Assembly (NCBI GenBank): GCA_963699165.1
Contig: OY969413.1
Span: forward strand, 340,562 to 404,561
DNA: 64,000 bases
DNA from: Candidatus Kaiserbacteria bacterium
GTDB lineage: Bacteria; Patescibacteriota; Minisyncoccia; Phycocordibacterales; Phycocordibacteraceae
Direction: 5' to 3'
Shown: piece by piece, positions 1-8,979 of the stretch
How positions within the stretch are numbered: position 1 is the first letter of the stretch
Layout: every line of letters starts with the position of its first letter
The notes under the pieces: generated by a model
What the model was told of the DNA's origin: nothing
Seen by the model: only the letters and a program-made list of their open reading frames with translations
Databases searched by the model: none
Position numbers and translations under genes: made by a program

Positions 1-58
1 AGCGGATTTTTCAGCAGAAAAATACCGCGCTCATTTTGAGTGCAGTTTCCGCTCCTCG

Positions 59-1321
59 TTACCTCATCAACTTCGAACGAGCCCGGTGGTGGCGCGCGAG
101 CGAAAAACGGTGCGCCTCGGCATTTGCAAGAACGGCGTCTGACTCGCTCACGCCTGCACGGCGCGCGCCGATGACTTCGCGCGGCCGATGCCGCTCGTCT
201 TTCACCACCGCCGCGACGGGAATCTGAACTCCCACAGTCGCAAGAACACTTTCTGCCGCTTTTTTCTGCGTTGTACCGCCGTCAACGACTATTGCAGTTG
301 GAAATGTCCACTCGGGATGACCAAGCCGGCGCGAAAGAATTTCTTTCAGCGACGCGATGTCGTCATTTTTAGTCACGCCGCGAATGCGAAAGGTGCGGTA
401 CTCGCTCTTTACCGGAACACCGTCGACAACAACCGTCATCACGCCGATGGCGTTCGTTCCGGAAAGATGGGCTGTATCGTATGCCTCAATGCGCCCGCCG
501 CTCCGCTTTTCGCGCGACTCTTCGAGATGCTCGTCTTTAATGAGCGACACGTCCTGAATGTGGTCGAGCGCAAAAAGCGCGCGCCTCGCTTCTGTCGCAT
601 CTTCAAACCGTTCGTCTTTGGCGGCGGCTTTCATTTCCTTTTGAAGCGTCACGCGCAGCTCTTTCCCGCGGCCGCTAAGAAAAAGCATCACGCGGCGGAT
701 TGTGCGGCGGTACTCCGCCGCATCAATCGCGCGCGGGTATTGCCGAATCTGCGTATTGAATTCGATATGCGCCTGCTGATGCTTGCTCTTTGTTCCGACC
801 GGCTTCGGCGTATCAAAAAACGGAAAGATGCGCCGTATAAGCCGCAACCCTTCGCGCAATTGCGGGCCGGAGGGAAACGGACCGTAAATAGCGCGCAGTT
901 TGAATTTTGTTGGAAACAGCATCTCTTTATTTTTAAAATCCATATCTTTCCCGCGAACGACAAGCACGCGCGGAATCTCTTCTTCAGTGATAACTGCATA
1001 CAAAAATGACTTGTCGTCCTTGCCGTCGACGTTTGCGGCAGGCGCGTGCTTTTTGATGAGCGCGGCCTCGCGCACGAGCGCCTCGAGGACGGTCGGCGTC
1101 GCCTCATATCCGATGCGATCGGCTTTTGTCACCATATCGACAATGCGCGGACCGCGCGTCGCGATAAGGTCGTCATCGAAATACGAGCGCACGCGGTCGC
1201 GCAAGGAAGTCGCCTTGCCTACGTACAATATTTTCCTGCCTTGCTTAAAGAGATAAACACCCGGCACATCCGGCAGATTTGCTTTGCTAAACTCGCTTTT
1301 TTCCATAACCCTAGTGTGCAT
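59..1321 (-). CDS. uvrC: Excinuclease ABC subunit C (UvrC-like). Has GIY-YIG and RNase H-like endonuclease regions; ends at 420 aa with no C-terminal (HhH)2 region.
   Basis: N-terminal GIY-YIG motif (GVYLFK...ILYVGKA), UvrC-homology and RNase H-like region (RIEAYDTAHLSGTNAIGVMTVVVDG...AIVVDGG). In-frame stop at 59. Confidence 0.8.
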   Translation of the reverse strand: MHTRVMEKSEFSKANLPDVPGVYLFKQGRKILYVGKATSLRDRVRSYFDDDLIATRGPRIVDMVTKADRIGYEATPTVLEALVREAALIKKHAPAANVDGKDDKSFLYAVITEEEIPRVLVVRGKDMDFKNKEMLFPTKFKLRAIYGPFPSGPQLREGLRLIRRIFPFFDTPKPVGTKSKHQQAHIEFNTQIRQYPRAIDAAEYRRTIRRVMLFLSGRGKELRVTLQKEMKAAAKDERFEDATEARRALFALDHIQDVSLIKDEHLEESREKRSGGRIEAYDTAHLSGTNAIGVMTVVVDGVPVKSEYRTFRIRGVTKNDDIASLKEILSRRLGHPEWTFPTAIVVDGGTTQKKAAESVLATVGVQIPVAAVVKDERHRPREVIGARRAGVSESDAVLANAEAHRFSLARHHRARSKLMR

Positions 1322-1390
1322 TATTTAGCGCTTTTTCAAAGGGATTGACGGCATAACGAAAATACTGTACTAAATATTTAGAGATACCTG

Positions 1391-2451
1391 GGCACCCAAA
1401 CCCCTCAATTCGAACGACGGTTTTTTGCGCTCCTCTGAGCGCGTTGTTTCTTTTCCGCAGCATACGCCTCATCTGGCGTGAGTGAACCGAGCACATCCAT
1501 GAAGCGGCGATTCATCTTTGCTTCGAGTTTCTGCACAAATCTTTTTGAATACTTTGAAATATCCGAGCTTTTCGGGATGTACCGCCGCAAGTCCTTGTTC
1601 AGATTCTCGATTGATGGCTTCTCCCATGGCGCATGCACATGACAGAAATATATCTTCACCCCAAGCACCTTCTCTAGCCGTTTGTGTTCGAGAAAGAGAA
1701 TATCGTTGTCGAATGTGATGGTCTGCATCTCGGGATACCGCTTTTTCATTCTGCGAAGCGCTCGCTCCACGTTTCGCACTGACACTGGCAGGATCCGCTC
1801 CAGCAGGTTTTTGCGCACCCTGCGATCCCGCAGACCAAGAATGATGCCTTGACCGCTCTTGCCCGACACGATGAAGTCGCCCTCCATGTGACCCAATCCC
1901 CATCGCTTGTTGATTTTGCTCGGTCGTTTGTCGATCAGGCGCTTGTCGGCAATGTGTGGTTTCGATGGCCGAGAGCGTCGCCTCTTCTTGAATACCTTTG
2001 CTCGATGCGACTCGATCCGTCTGCCATACGGGCTCTTGATATATCGGCGTATAGCCGAGGATGAAGCATATCCGATATCCTTCTCGATCCGCTTCAATCG
2101 AAGTGAGATGTTTTCGGGCGACTGATCGTCGAAGAGATGCGCCTCGATGAACTTCCGGAGCTTCGGGTCGAGAGCAATCATCTTGCCGACCGCTCGGCTG
2201 TGTTTCCTTCGTACGTATGAAATGTGATGCGCATATGCAGCATCATACGGCCGTCCCTTCCTCTTCTTTTGCGTCTCGTACCATATGACACTCTTCGGTC
2301 GGTCGAGTGCATCTCCGACATCGTGCAAAGAGTATCCCTTCGCTAACAGTATCTGTATTTCGTCTCGTTCGGACCTTGTGAAGTGCGCACCGCCGGAGGT
2401 TTTTTCATTCGCTCAATGTATCAAACGTTCGAATTCAAAAGACTAGTCGCC
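1391..2451 (-). mobile_element. IS30-family insertion sequence, copy 1 (1061 bp) with 3-bp target-site duplication 'ctg'.
   Basis: Near-identical to copy at 23509-24569. Imperfect terminal inverted repeats sharing aattcgaacg. ctg at 1388-1390 and 2452-2454. Confidence 0.8.
1405..2328 (-). CDS. IS30-family transposase
   Basis: 307-aa ORF, basic, with a DDE-type integrase core. Almost identical to the ORF at 23523-24446. Confidence 0.8.
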   Translation of the reverse strand: MHDVGDALDRPKSVIWYETQKKRKGRPYDAAYAHHISYVRRKHSRAVGKMIALDPKLRKFIEAHLFDDQSPENISLRLKRIEKDIGYASSSAIRRYIKSPYGRRIESHRAKVFKKRRRSRPSKPHIADKRLIDKRPSKINKRWGLGHMEGDFIVSGKSGQGIILGLRDRRVRKNLLERILPVSVRNVERALRRMKKRYPEMQTITFDNDILFLEHKRLEKVLGVKIYFCHVHAPWEKPSIENLNKDLRRYIPKSSDISKYSKRFVQKLEAKMNRRFMDVLGSLTPDEAYAAEKKQRAQRSAKNRRSN

Positions 2452-2474
2452 CTGCGACCTGAAGGAGGTAACCA

Positions 2475-2789
2475 ATGAGTTCCTTACCGAGCTTACCCGC
2501 AGGATTGCGTGCTCTCATATGGTACTTGGACGAGCATGGACAAGTCCGAGTACCCCAGACACGTTTTCCGCGAGCCGCTAGGGATTTCCTAAGGGAGGTC
2601 TTTCGTAAACACGAACGCAACTTCGATAATTTTGACGGCAAAATTGCGAAAACAAAAACAGATTACAGTAAAAACAAGAATTCAACGGAAGCAGTTGTTA
2701 TTGAAGGGGATTTCTATTTCATCGATATTCTGTACGGCAACGGTGGGTGGTCAAGCAGAATCGTGTGGAAAGCGGAGGAGGACGACTAG
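2475..2789 (+). CDS. Hypothetical small protein (104 aa).
   Basis: Strong RBS gaaGGAGGtaacca 7 nt upstream of ATG. No recognisable motif. Confidence 0.4.
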   Translation: MSSLPSLPAGLRALIWYLDEHGQVRVPQTRFPRAARDFLREVFRKHERNFDNFDGKIAKTKTDYSKNKNSTEAVVIEGDFYFIDILYGNGGWSSRIVWKAEEDD

Positions 2790-2818
2790 GGCGTTATCGA
2801 GGTCTCCACATGGAGACC

Positions 2819-5455
2819 TCATCGCTTTTTATATGGGCGACGCAACGCCTTCTGCAAATATTCGCCCGTATACGAACCCTTTGTGTCCGCAACTTCTTCC
2901 GGAGTGCCTTTCGCGACTATTTTTCCGCCACCCGCGCCGCCCTCGGGACCGAAGTCGATGACGTAATCAGAACATTTAATGAGGTCGAGATTGTGTTCGA
3001 TGACGACGACCGTGTTTCCGCGCGCAACAAGCTCCTGCAAAATCTCAATGAGCTTGCGCACGTCTTCGTAGTGAAGGCCGACGGTCGGCTCGTCGAGAAG
3101 ATAGATCGTTTTCGCCGTCATCTTTCGATAGAGCTCGCTTGCGATTTTCACGCGCTGGGCTTCCCCGCCGGAAAGCGTCGTCGCGCTCTGCCCGAGCGTG
3201 AGGTATTCGAGGCCGGTCGCATTCAAACTCATAAGCCGATCTGAAATAGCGGGAATGTCGCTAAAAAACTTTTCGGCCTCTTCAACCGTCATCTGAAGCA
3301 CATCGTAAATACTTTTCCCGCGATAGGTGATTTCGAGCGTCTCTTTCATAAAGCGCTTGCCTTCGCAGATGTCGCAGGTCACGTACACGGTCGGCAGGAA
3401 GTGCATTTCGACGGCGATTGAGCCGTTGCCCTGGCACGCTTCACAGCGTCCTCCCGGCACGTTGAAAGAAAATCGTCCCGGTTTCCAGCCGCGTGCGCGC
3501 GCCTCGGCCGTTGCGGCGAAAAGGTCTCGGATCGGCAGAAATGCGCCCGTATACGTCGCCGGATTGCTCCGCGGCGTGCGGCCGATTGGCGACTGGTCGA
3601 TGAGGACGGCGCGCCCGATGTATTCGGTGCCGGTGAGGGACGAAACGTGCTCGAGTTTGGATTCGCGGCGAGCGGAGCGAGCCGCGATATTGCGATGCAG
3701 AATGTCGTACAAAAAAGTCGACTTCCCGCTTCCCGACACGCCGGTGATGCACACGAGCTTTCCGAGCGGCACGTCGATGTTTTGATTCTTCAGGTTGTGG
3801 AGCGTTGCTCCGCGAACTTTTATCCAGCCCTTTTCGCTTTCCCGGCGCTTTTCGGGAATCGCGATTTCTTTTTCTCCGCGCAAATATGAAAGCGTGAGCG
3901 AATTGCTTTCATTCGTTTTCGCGGTCAGAAGGTCGTCGAGCCAGCCGGATGCAACCACCTTTCCGCCGTGCACGCCCGCGCCCGGCCCAATGTCGACGAT
4001 GTAATCGGACGAGTAAATCGTATCCTCGTCGTGCTCAACCACGATGATGGTATTACCGAGCTCTTTCAGAATCAAAAGCGTTTTAATGAGGCGGTCATTG
4101 TCGCGCTGATGCAGGCCGATTGTCGGCTCGTCGAGAACGTACAGCGCGCCCGTGAGTCCGCTGCCGAGCTGCGATGCAAGGCGAATACGCTGCGATTCCC
4201 CGCCGGAAAGCGTCGCTGCAGACCGATTGAGCGTCAGATAATCGAGACCGACGTTTAACATGAATGAAAGGCGGCTGTCGATTTCTTTCAAAATAGGCGC
4301 TGCGATGTCGATTTTCATTTCTGAAAGTTCGATGGTGTCGACAAAGTCCTTTGCTTCTTTAATCGACATGTTCGTAAAATCGACAATGCTCTTACCCAAT
4401 GTTTTATCTTTTTTACTTTTCAGAAACACTCGAAGAGCTTCGGGTCGGAGACGTTTGCCCTCACAAACGGGACACGGCGCTTCGGAGAAGAGCGATTCCG
4501 TGCCGAGACCATGGCACTCGGGACACGCGCCGTAGGGCGAATTGAATGAAAATAAACGCGGCTCGACTTCGGGAAAGGAAGCGCCGTCTTCCGGACAGAT
4601 AAATTTTGATGAAAGCGTTTCGACCGAACCGTCGGCATGCTGAATTTTCACCAAGCCGTCCGCCTGTTTGAGTGCAAGTTCGAGCGCTTCCGAAAGCCGC
4701 TCTCGCGCCGCCTGCGTCGAACGCGCAAATTCAGACACGTAAATCGAATCGACGACGGCATCGATGCTGTGCCGTTTATTTCGGTCGAGCACGATTTTCT
4801 CGCGAAGCGATTGCTGTTTGCCGTCAATAACGACTTTTTCATACCCCTTGCCGAGCAGGTCGTACAACAATTGATAGTATTCGCCCTTTCGGCCGACGAC
4901 GACGGGCGCGAAAATAGTTACTGCGCTTTTATCCACGGCAACACCGAGCACACTGGTACTCGTGCCGGCGCGTTTCGCCTCGACGCGCGCAAATACCATT
5001 TTTATCATTTCTTCTTTCGAGAGCCGCACAATCGGCACGTCATGATGTATGCAGTACGGCTGGCCGGCGCGCGCGTACAGCACGCGGAGATAGTCGTAAA
5101 TTTCAGTTACGGTCGCGACCGTAGAGCGCGGATTATTTGAACGGCTTTTTTGATCTATGGATATGGCCGGCGAAAGACCGACGATTTCGTCAACATCGGG
5201 CTTCGCCATCTGATTGAGAAATTGCCGCGCATATGCGGAAAGCGATTCGACATACCGGCGCTGGCCTTCCGCGAAAATAGTATCAAAGGCAAGCGATGAC
5301 TTCCCGCTTCCGGAAAGCCCTGTGATGACGGTCATAGCGCCACGAGGCATCTCAACGGAAATGTTTTTCAGGTTGTGCGTGCGCGCCCCTTTGACCGCGA
5401 GCCAGTCGCTCCCGTGCTTGTGCGCATGTTCCTCTTTTGAGGTTTGTTTTTTCAT
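2819..5455 (-). CDS. uvrA: Excinuclease ABC subunit A.
   Basis: Two ABC ATPase modules with Walker [13 protein letters not shown] and [10 protein letters not shown]. Zn-finger CxxC pairs and LSGGE signatures. Start taken at MKKQTSKEE (ATG at 5455); ORF extends further upstream to 5542. Confidence 0.9.
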   Translation of the reverse strand: MKKQTSKEEHAHKHGSDWLAVKGARTHNLKNISVEMPRGAMTVITGLSGSGKSSLAFDTIFAEGQRRYVESLSAYARQFLNQMAKPDVDEIVGLSPAISIDQKSRSNNPRSTVATVTEIYDYLRVLYARAGQPYCIHHDVPIVRLSKEEMIKMVFARVEAKRAGTSTSVLGVAVDKSAVTIFAPVVVGRKGEYYQLLYDLLGKGYEKVVIDGKQQSLREKIVLDRNKRHSIDAVVDSIYVSEFARSTQAARERLSEALELALKQADGLVKIQHADGSVETLSSKFICPEDGASFPEVEPRLFSFNSPYGACPECHGLGTESLFSEAPCPVCEGKRLRPEALRVFLKSKKDKTLGKSIVDFTNMSIKEAKDFVDTIELSEMKIDIAAPILKEIDSRLSFMLNVGLDYLTLNRSAATLSGGESQRIRLASQLGSGLTGALYVLDEPTIGLHQRDNDRLIKTLLILKELGNTIIVVEHDEDTIYSSDYIVDIGPGAGVHGGKVVASGWLDDLLTAKTNESNSLTLSYLRGEKEIAIPEKRRESEKGWIKVRGATLHNLKNQNIDVPLGKLVCITGVSGSGKSTFLYDILHRNIAARSARRESKLEHVSSLTGTEYIGRAVLIDQSPIGRTPRSNPATYTGAFLPIRDLFAATAEARARGWKPGRFSFNVPGGRCEACQGNGSIAVEMHFLPTVYVTCDICEGKRFMKETLEITYRGKSIYDVLQMTVEEAEKFFSDIPAISDRLMSLNATGLEYLTLGQSATTLSGGEAQRVKIASELYRKMTAKTIYLLDEPTVGLHYEDVRKLIEILQELVARGNTVVVIEHNLDLIKCSDYVIDFGPEGGAGGGKIVAKGTPEEVADTKGSYTGEYLQKALRRPYKKR

Positions 5456-5693
5456 TTTATTTAGGGAAATTGAGTCGATCCTACACCAATTGGGACGCGA
5501 AACCCTGCCCGTGGAGGGGCAGGTACGGTATGAGTATAGCATTTTGCTTCTTTCGAAGCGAATGATGTGATTAGCGTTAAATGTACGTTAGTATCGGGTT
5601 GTTGACACTTTTCGCGTCGACGAGTTCATTGAAAGCGCAAAAGGCGCGGTACGATTTTGGTGTTCAGACCATTTAATCGTTAGCGCCTCTTGC

Positions 5694-6398
5694 ATGCACA
5701 AGAATACCAAATTGTTGCCGTACCAACGGCGTGAGATGTTCCGCAGATGGGGTATGGGAGCTCAAGCGACCCATTTGGCCCGAGAATACAAAGTCTCCCG
5801 AGAAACCGTATACGAGACACTTAAAGATGCCCGACTGAACGTCTTCGAGAATCGTTCCTCGATGAATCACCGATATCGCACCATCCTGTACGGGTTCCAA
5901 AAGCTTGCTCGCACCGAAAAGCGCGTGGGAGAGAAGCTCGCCCGCAAAGCCCATCGATTGAACCGATACGAGAAATCGATACCGGGTGAAATGCTGCATC
6001 TCGATACCAAGCGCCTGCCGCTCCTGCGAGGAGAAGCCGCCGCGCAACCGAGAGAATACCTATTTGTCGCCATTGACGACTACTCTCGTACCGCCTTTGC
6101 CGATATCTTCCCCGACAAGACCGCATACTCGGCCGCCATGTTCCTCGCCGAGAGCAAGCGAGTATTGCCGTTCCCCGTGACCGGCATCTATTCCGACAAC
6201 GGGAGCGAGTACCGGGGACGACCGGATCATCCGGTGGCGGCACTCTGCAGGGAAACGGGCATGAGCCAAGCGTTCACGAAAGTGAAGCATCCCTGGACCA
6301 ATGGAAAAGCGGAGCGATTCATCAAAACCCTCATGACCGAATGGCACGGGAAGACACGTTCCAATCACATCTCTCGAGCCCATCGCCGACTGACCTGA
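5694..6398 (+). CDS. IS481-family (rve-type DDE) transposase, apparently 3'-disrupted by the IS3 insertion.
   Basis: N-terminal HTH. DDE core D(HLDTKRL), D(SDNGSEY), E(NGKAERF). Only 234 aa versus 294-347 aa for the other IS481-like ORFs. The stop lies within the IS3 left inverted repeat. Confidence 0.6.
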   Translation: MHKNTKLLPYQRREMFRRWGMGAQATHLAREYKVSRETVYETLKDARLNVFENRSSMNHRYRTILYGFQKLARTEKRVGEKLARKAHRLNRYEKSIPGEMLHLDTKRLPLLRGEAAAQPREYLFVAIDDYSRTAFADIFPDKTAYSAAMFLAESKRVLPFPVTGIYSDNGSEYRGRPDHPVAALCRETGMSQAFTKVKHPWTNGKAERFIKTLMTEWHGKTRSNHISRAHRRLT

Positions 6399-6452
6399 CC
6401 CCCAAATTTCAGACCATGTTCTAGACGGGATTAACCGCTAGAATGACGTCAT

Positions 6453-6710
6453 ATGAAGCAATACCGCATCGCTCCTGAGGTGAAGGAACAAATCATTAAT
6501 CGAATCAAGAACGATGGTGTCACTGTCGCCCAAGCGGCCAAAGAGCATGGTATCCACGAGACCACCATCTATGGCTGGCTTGGTGCGAAAGTGCAAGACG
6601 GTACCGCATCTGTTCTTGAGATTGCGAGACTTCGAAAAGAGAATGACGAACTCCTTCGTCTTGTTGGACTCATGACGCTCAAGCTGTCTGAAACCCAAAA
6701 AAAGAAGTGA
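6453..6710 (+). CDS. IS3 transposase OrfA (HTH).
   Basis: 85-aa HTH protein. Slippery A AAA AAG just before its stop. Confidence 0.75.
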   Translation: MKQYRIAPEVKEQIINRIKNDGVTVAQAAKEHGIHETTIYGWLGAKVQDGTASVLEIARLRKENDELLRLVGLMTLKLSETQKKK

Positions 6711-7519
6711 GCAAAGAATCTCCGATTGGTACGCGCACAACAGCGCGTACTCTTGGTATAGCTCGTTCCACCTTCTGGTATCAAAAGAAGAAGCCTGACA
6801 AAGACTGGGCACTCAAATGCCGTATTGAAGAAGTCCTTCGAGAGTTTCCTTCGTATGGATACCGGAGAGTTGCCCTGTATCTCAAGGAGAACAAAAAGAA
6901 GGTTCAAAGAGTCATGCGACTCTTTGGTATCAAAGCATATCGAAGAAGAGGAAGACGGTGGAGGAAATCAAGGAAACAAGCCGTGGAGTATCCAAATCTC
7001 CTGATGCGGATTGTACCCGCCTATCCGCATCAAGCATGGGTCGCTGATTTCACTCATGTGTATTTCAAAGGGAAAGACATTCGTGTGGCAACCACCATGG
7101 ACGTATACACTCGAAGTGTCGTTGGGCTCGCCATTGGTACGCGAGGTGGAACCGTACTTGTGACGCAGGCATTGTGCGCGGCACTTCTCAACCATCCTCG
7201 TCCCACCATCTTTCACAGCGACAACGGAGTGGAATACAATGCCGCATCCTTCCGAGAGATGCTCATCAATTTCGGCATCAGCATCTCTCGCTCAAAAAAG
7301 GGCTGTCCGTGGGAGAACGGGTACCAAGAATCGTTCTATGGAAAATTCAAAACTGATCTGGGCGATCCCAATCGCTTCGATACGCTTGGTGAACTTGTTG
7401 CTGAAATCTATCAGACAATTCACCGGTACAACACCGTGCGTATACACTCAACACTCAAGATGGCACCGAGAGAGTTTGCGAAATCGCACATCACCCGTAC
7501 ACTATCTTCACTCGTCTAG
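6707..7519 (+). CDS. IS3 transposase OrfB (integrase core), in the -1 frame relative to OrfA.
   Basis: rve integrase core motifs. Frame is -1 relative to orfA, with slippery heptamer cccAAAAAAGaag at ~6697. Confidence 0.75.
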   Translation: MSKESPIGTRTTARTLGIARSTFWYQKKKPDKDWALKCRIEEVLREFPSYGYRRVALYLKENKKKVQRVMRLFGIKAYRRRGRRWRKSRKQAVEYPNLLMRIVPAYPHQAWVADFTHVYFKGKDIRVATTMDVYTRSVVGLAIGTRGGTVLVTQALCAALLNHPRPTIFHSDNGVEYNAASFREMLINFGISISRSKKGCPWENGYQESFYGKFKTDLGDPNRFDTLGELVAEIYQTIHRYNTVRIHSTLKMAPREFAKSHITRTLSSLV

Positions 7520-7557
7520 GAAGTGGTCTGAAGAATAGGGGTCGGTACACGTGGGTA

Positions 7558-8361
7558 TTAAGAACGAGTTGGCACAAGCGTTAATGATTTTAATAAGTAA
7601 GTGCGCGGATTTCCGAACAATTCCGGTGAGGAAAATCTGAAGCAGAATTCCCTCACGTATTGCTCGAGGTTCTCGCTCCAGTGATGATGATACATCCTCC
7701 GCACAAAGGTGCGGTATACGCCGAACACGCCTTCGATTTCGGAGGTATGTTCGAACTCGAATTTTGAATGAATGTCTCTGCTGTGGGAGACCGGCCATCG
7801 CTTGCCGACACCCCGGTATATCGAACCGCCATCGGTCCACAACTCGCTCCCCGGCTTCACTTTGGCAAAGAGAAAGTCCATCACGTCCGTCTTGTTCGGG
7901 AAGCGATTGTGCATGACGGTATAGGCAAGCTTTCTCGTTCCTTTCTGCTTGGCCATCACGAGAGCTGCGTTCTTGAAATATGCCTCGTCCATCTGCACGA
8001 TACGCTCGAGAATATGCTCTTCTTGGGGCAAATGCTCACGAAAGGTGGCATACCAGCGGCGTATCGTTCGTTCAGGCAAATGCGTGAGCTCCATGGCCTG
8101 CAAGACGGGTTCTCGTATCGTCCAGCACCAGAGGAGCATCCACCACGTCTGGAGCGGAAGCTTGAGGTTTGAGAGCCAGGTATGCGAGAGGAGCGAGAAC
8201 CTTCGGCGGCAGGCAACACACCGGTACCGGTCTTCGTACCGCACAATCCTGCGCGAGCGGCAGAGCGGGCAAAACACATTCTTTCCGAACAACGTTCGCC
8301 GCAAAAACTTTCTAATCTGCACTTCAGACGGAATTTGTTTGAGCGTGTACATAGCTTCCAT
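7558..8361 (-). CDS. IS1595-family (ISXO2-like) transposase.
   Basis: N-terminal zinc-ribbon (CPLCRS...CVACRRRF) plus DDE_Tnp_IS1595-like core. Element lies immediately adjacent to the IS3 right end. Confidence 0.7.
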   Translation of the reverse strand: MEAMYTLKQIPSEVQIRKFLRRTLFGKNVFCPLCRSRRIVRYEDRYRCVACRRRFSLLSHTWLSNLKLPLQTWWMLLWCWTIREPVLQAMELTHLPERTIRRWYATFREHLPQEEHILERIVQMDEAYFKNAALVMAKQKGTRKLAYTVMHNRFPNKTDVMDFLFAKVKPGSELWTDGGSIYRGVGKRWPVSHSRDIHSKFEFEHTSEIEGVFGVYRTFVRRMYHHHWSENLEQYVREFCFRFSSPELFGNPRTYLLKSLTLVPTRS

Positions 8362-8456
8362 GATACGGGAGCTGTGCCAACAGAGTCTGAATACCCGTAC
8401 ACGTTAAATTGACAGATATTATATTCATATTATGATTAGAACAGACTGCAACGTCC

Positions 8457-8876
8457 ATGGAGGTTCTTTCAATGCCGCGATTCCTAACCGCCGTCTTCGC
8501 AGCGCTTCTGATGTGCGGATTCGGCACCCCTGCGCTTGCGGATACGAAAGCGCAAAGCAACGATTCGACGACCGCGCAAAACCCCGACATTCGAACGGTG
8601 GTCGTCTGGTACAAAAACCGGACAGACGAAGATGTCTACTTTGACCTCGGCACGTATCAAGGCATCCGCATCGTCCACATGTTCGATCCCGGATCCTCGG
8701 GTTATATCCCTGTCTTCTTTATCGGACGGCAGACGACAGTGGTGATACCTATCGATGAGCATCCTGTTGACGACTATAACGAGGACAAATGGCGGAAGGC
8801 TGGGATACTCACCGTGACGAACCGCAAAGCGAAATTTCAATGGAACGGCAATGCGTCCGGAGATATCCATCACTGA
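8457..8876 (+). CDS. Hypothetical secreted protein (signal peptide).
   Basis: Hydrophobic N-terminus followed by ALADT cleavage-like site. No known motif. Confidence 0.45.
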   Translation: MEVLSMPRFLTAVFAALLMCGFGTPALADTKAQSNDSTTAQNPDIRTVVVWYKNRTDEDVYFDLGTYQGIRIVHMFDPGSSGYIPVFFIGRQTTVVIPIDEHPVDDYNEDKWRKAGILTVTNRKAKFQWNGNASGDIHH

Positions 8877-8979
8877 CTGACCTACTGGCACCCGCACGGG
8901 GAGTTGAGCATCGGCTCCTCTCCAAATGCCCGCAGACGTTGCGTCTGCGGGCATTCGCATTTATTTCTTGAACGCTCGA

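Larger units (their letters stand above)
6391..7549 (+). mobile_element. IS3-family insertion sequence (~1.16 kb) with terminal inverted repeats.
   Basis: Left end tgacctgacccccaaatttcagaccatgttctag. Reverse complement of right end is tgtaccgacccctattcttcagaccacttcctag. orfA/orfB arrangement. Confidence 0.7.

Noticed and set aside
188-1107. ORFs antisense or overlapping within uvrC (188-1009 +, 688-1107 -).
   Set aside because: Fully embedded in the well-supported uvrC coding region. No independent support.
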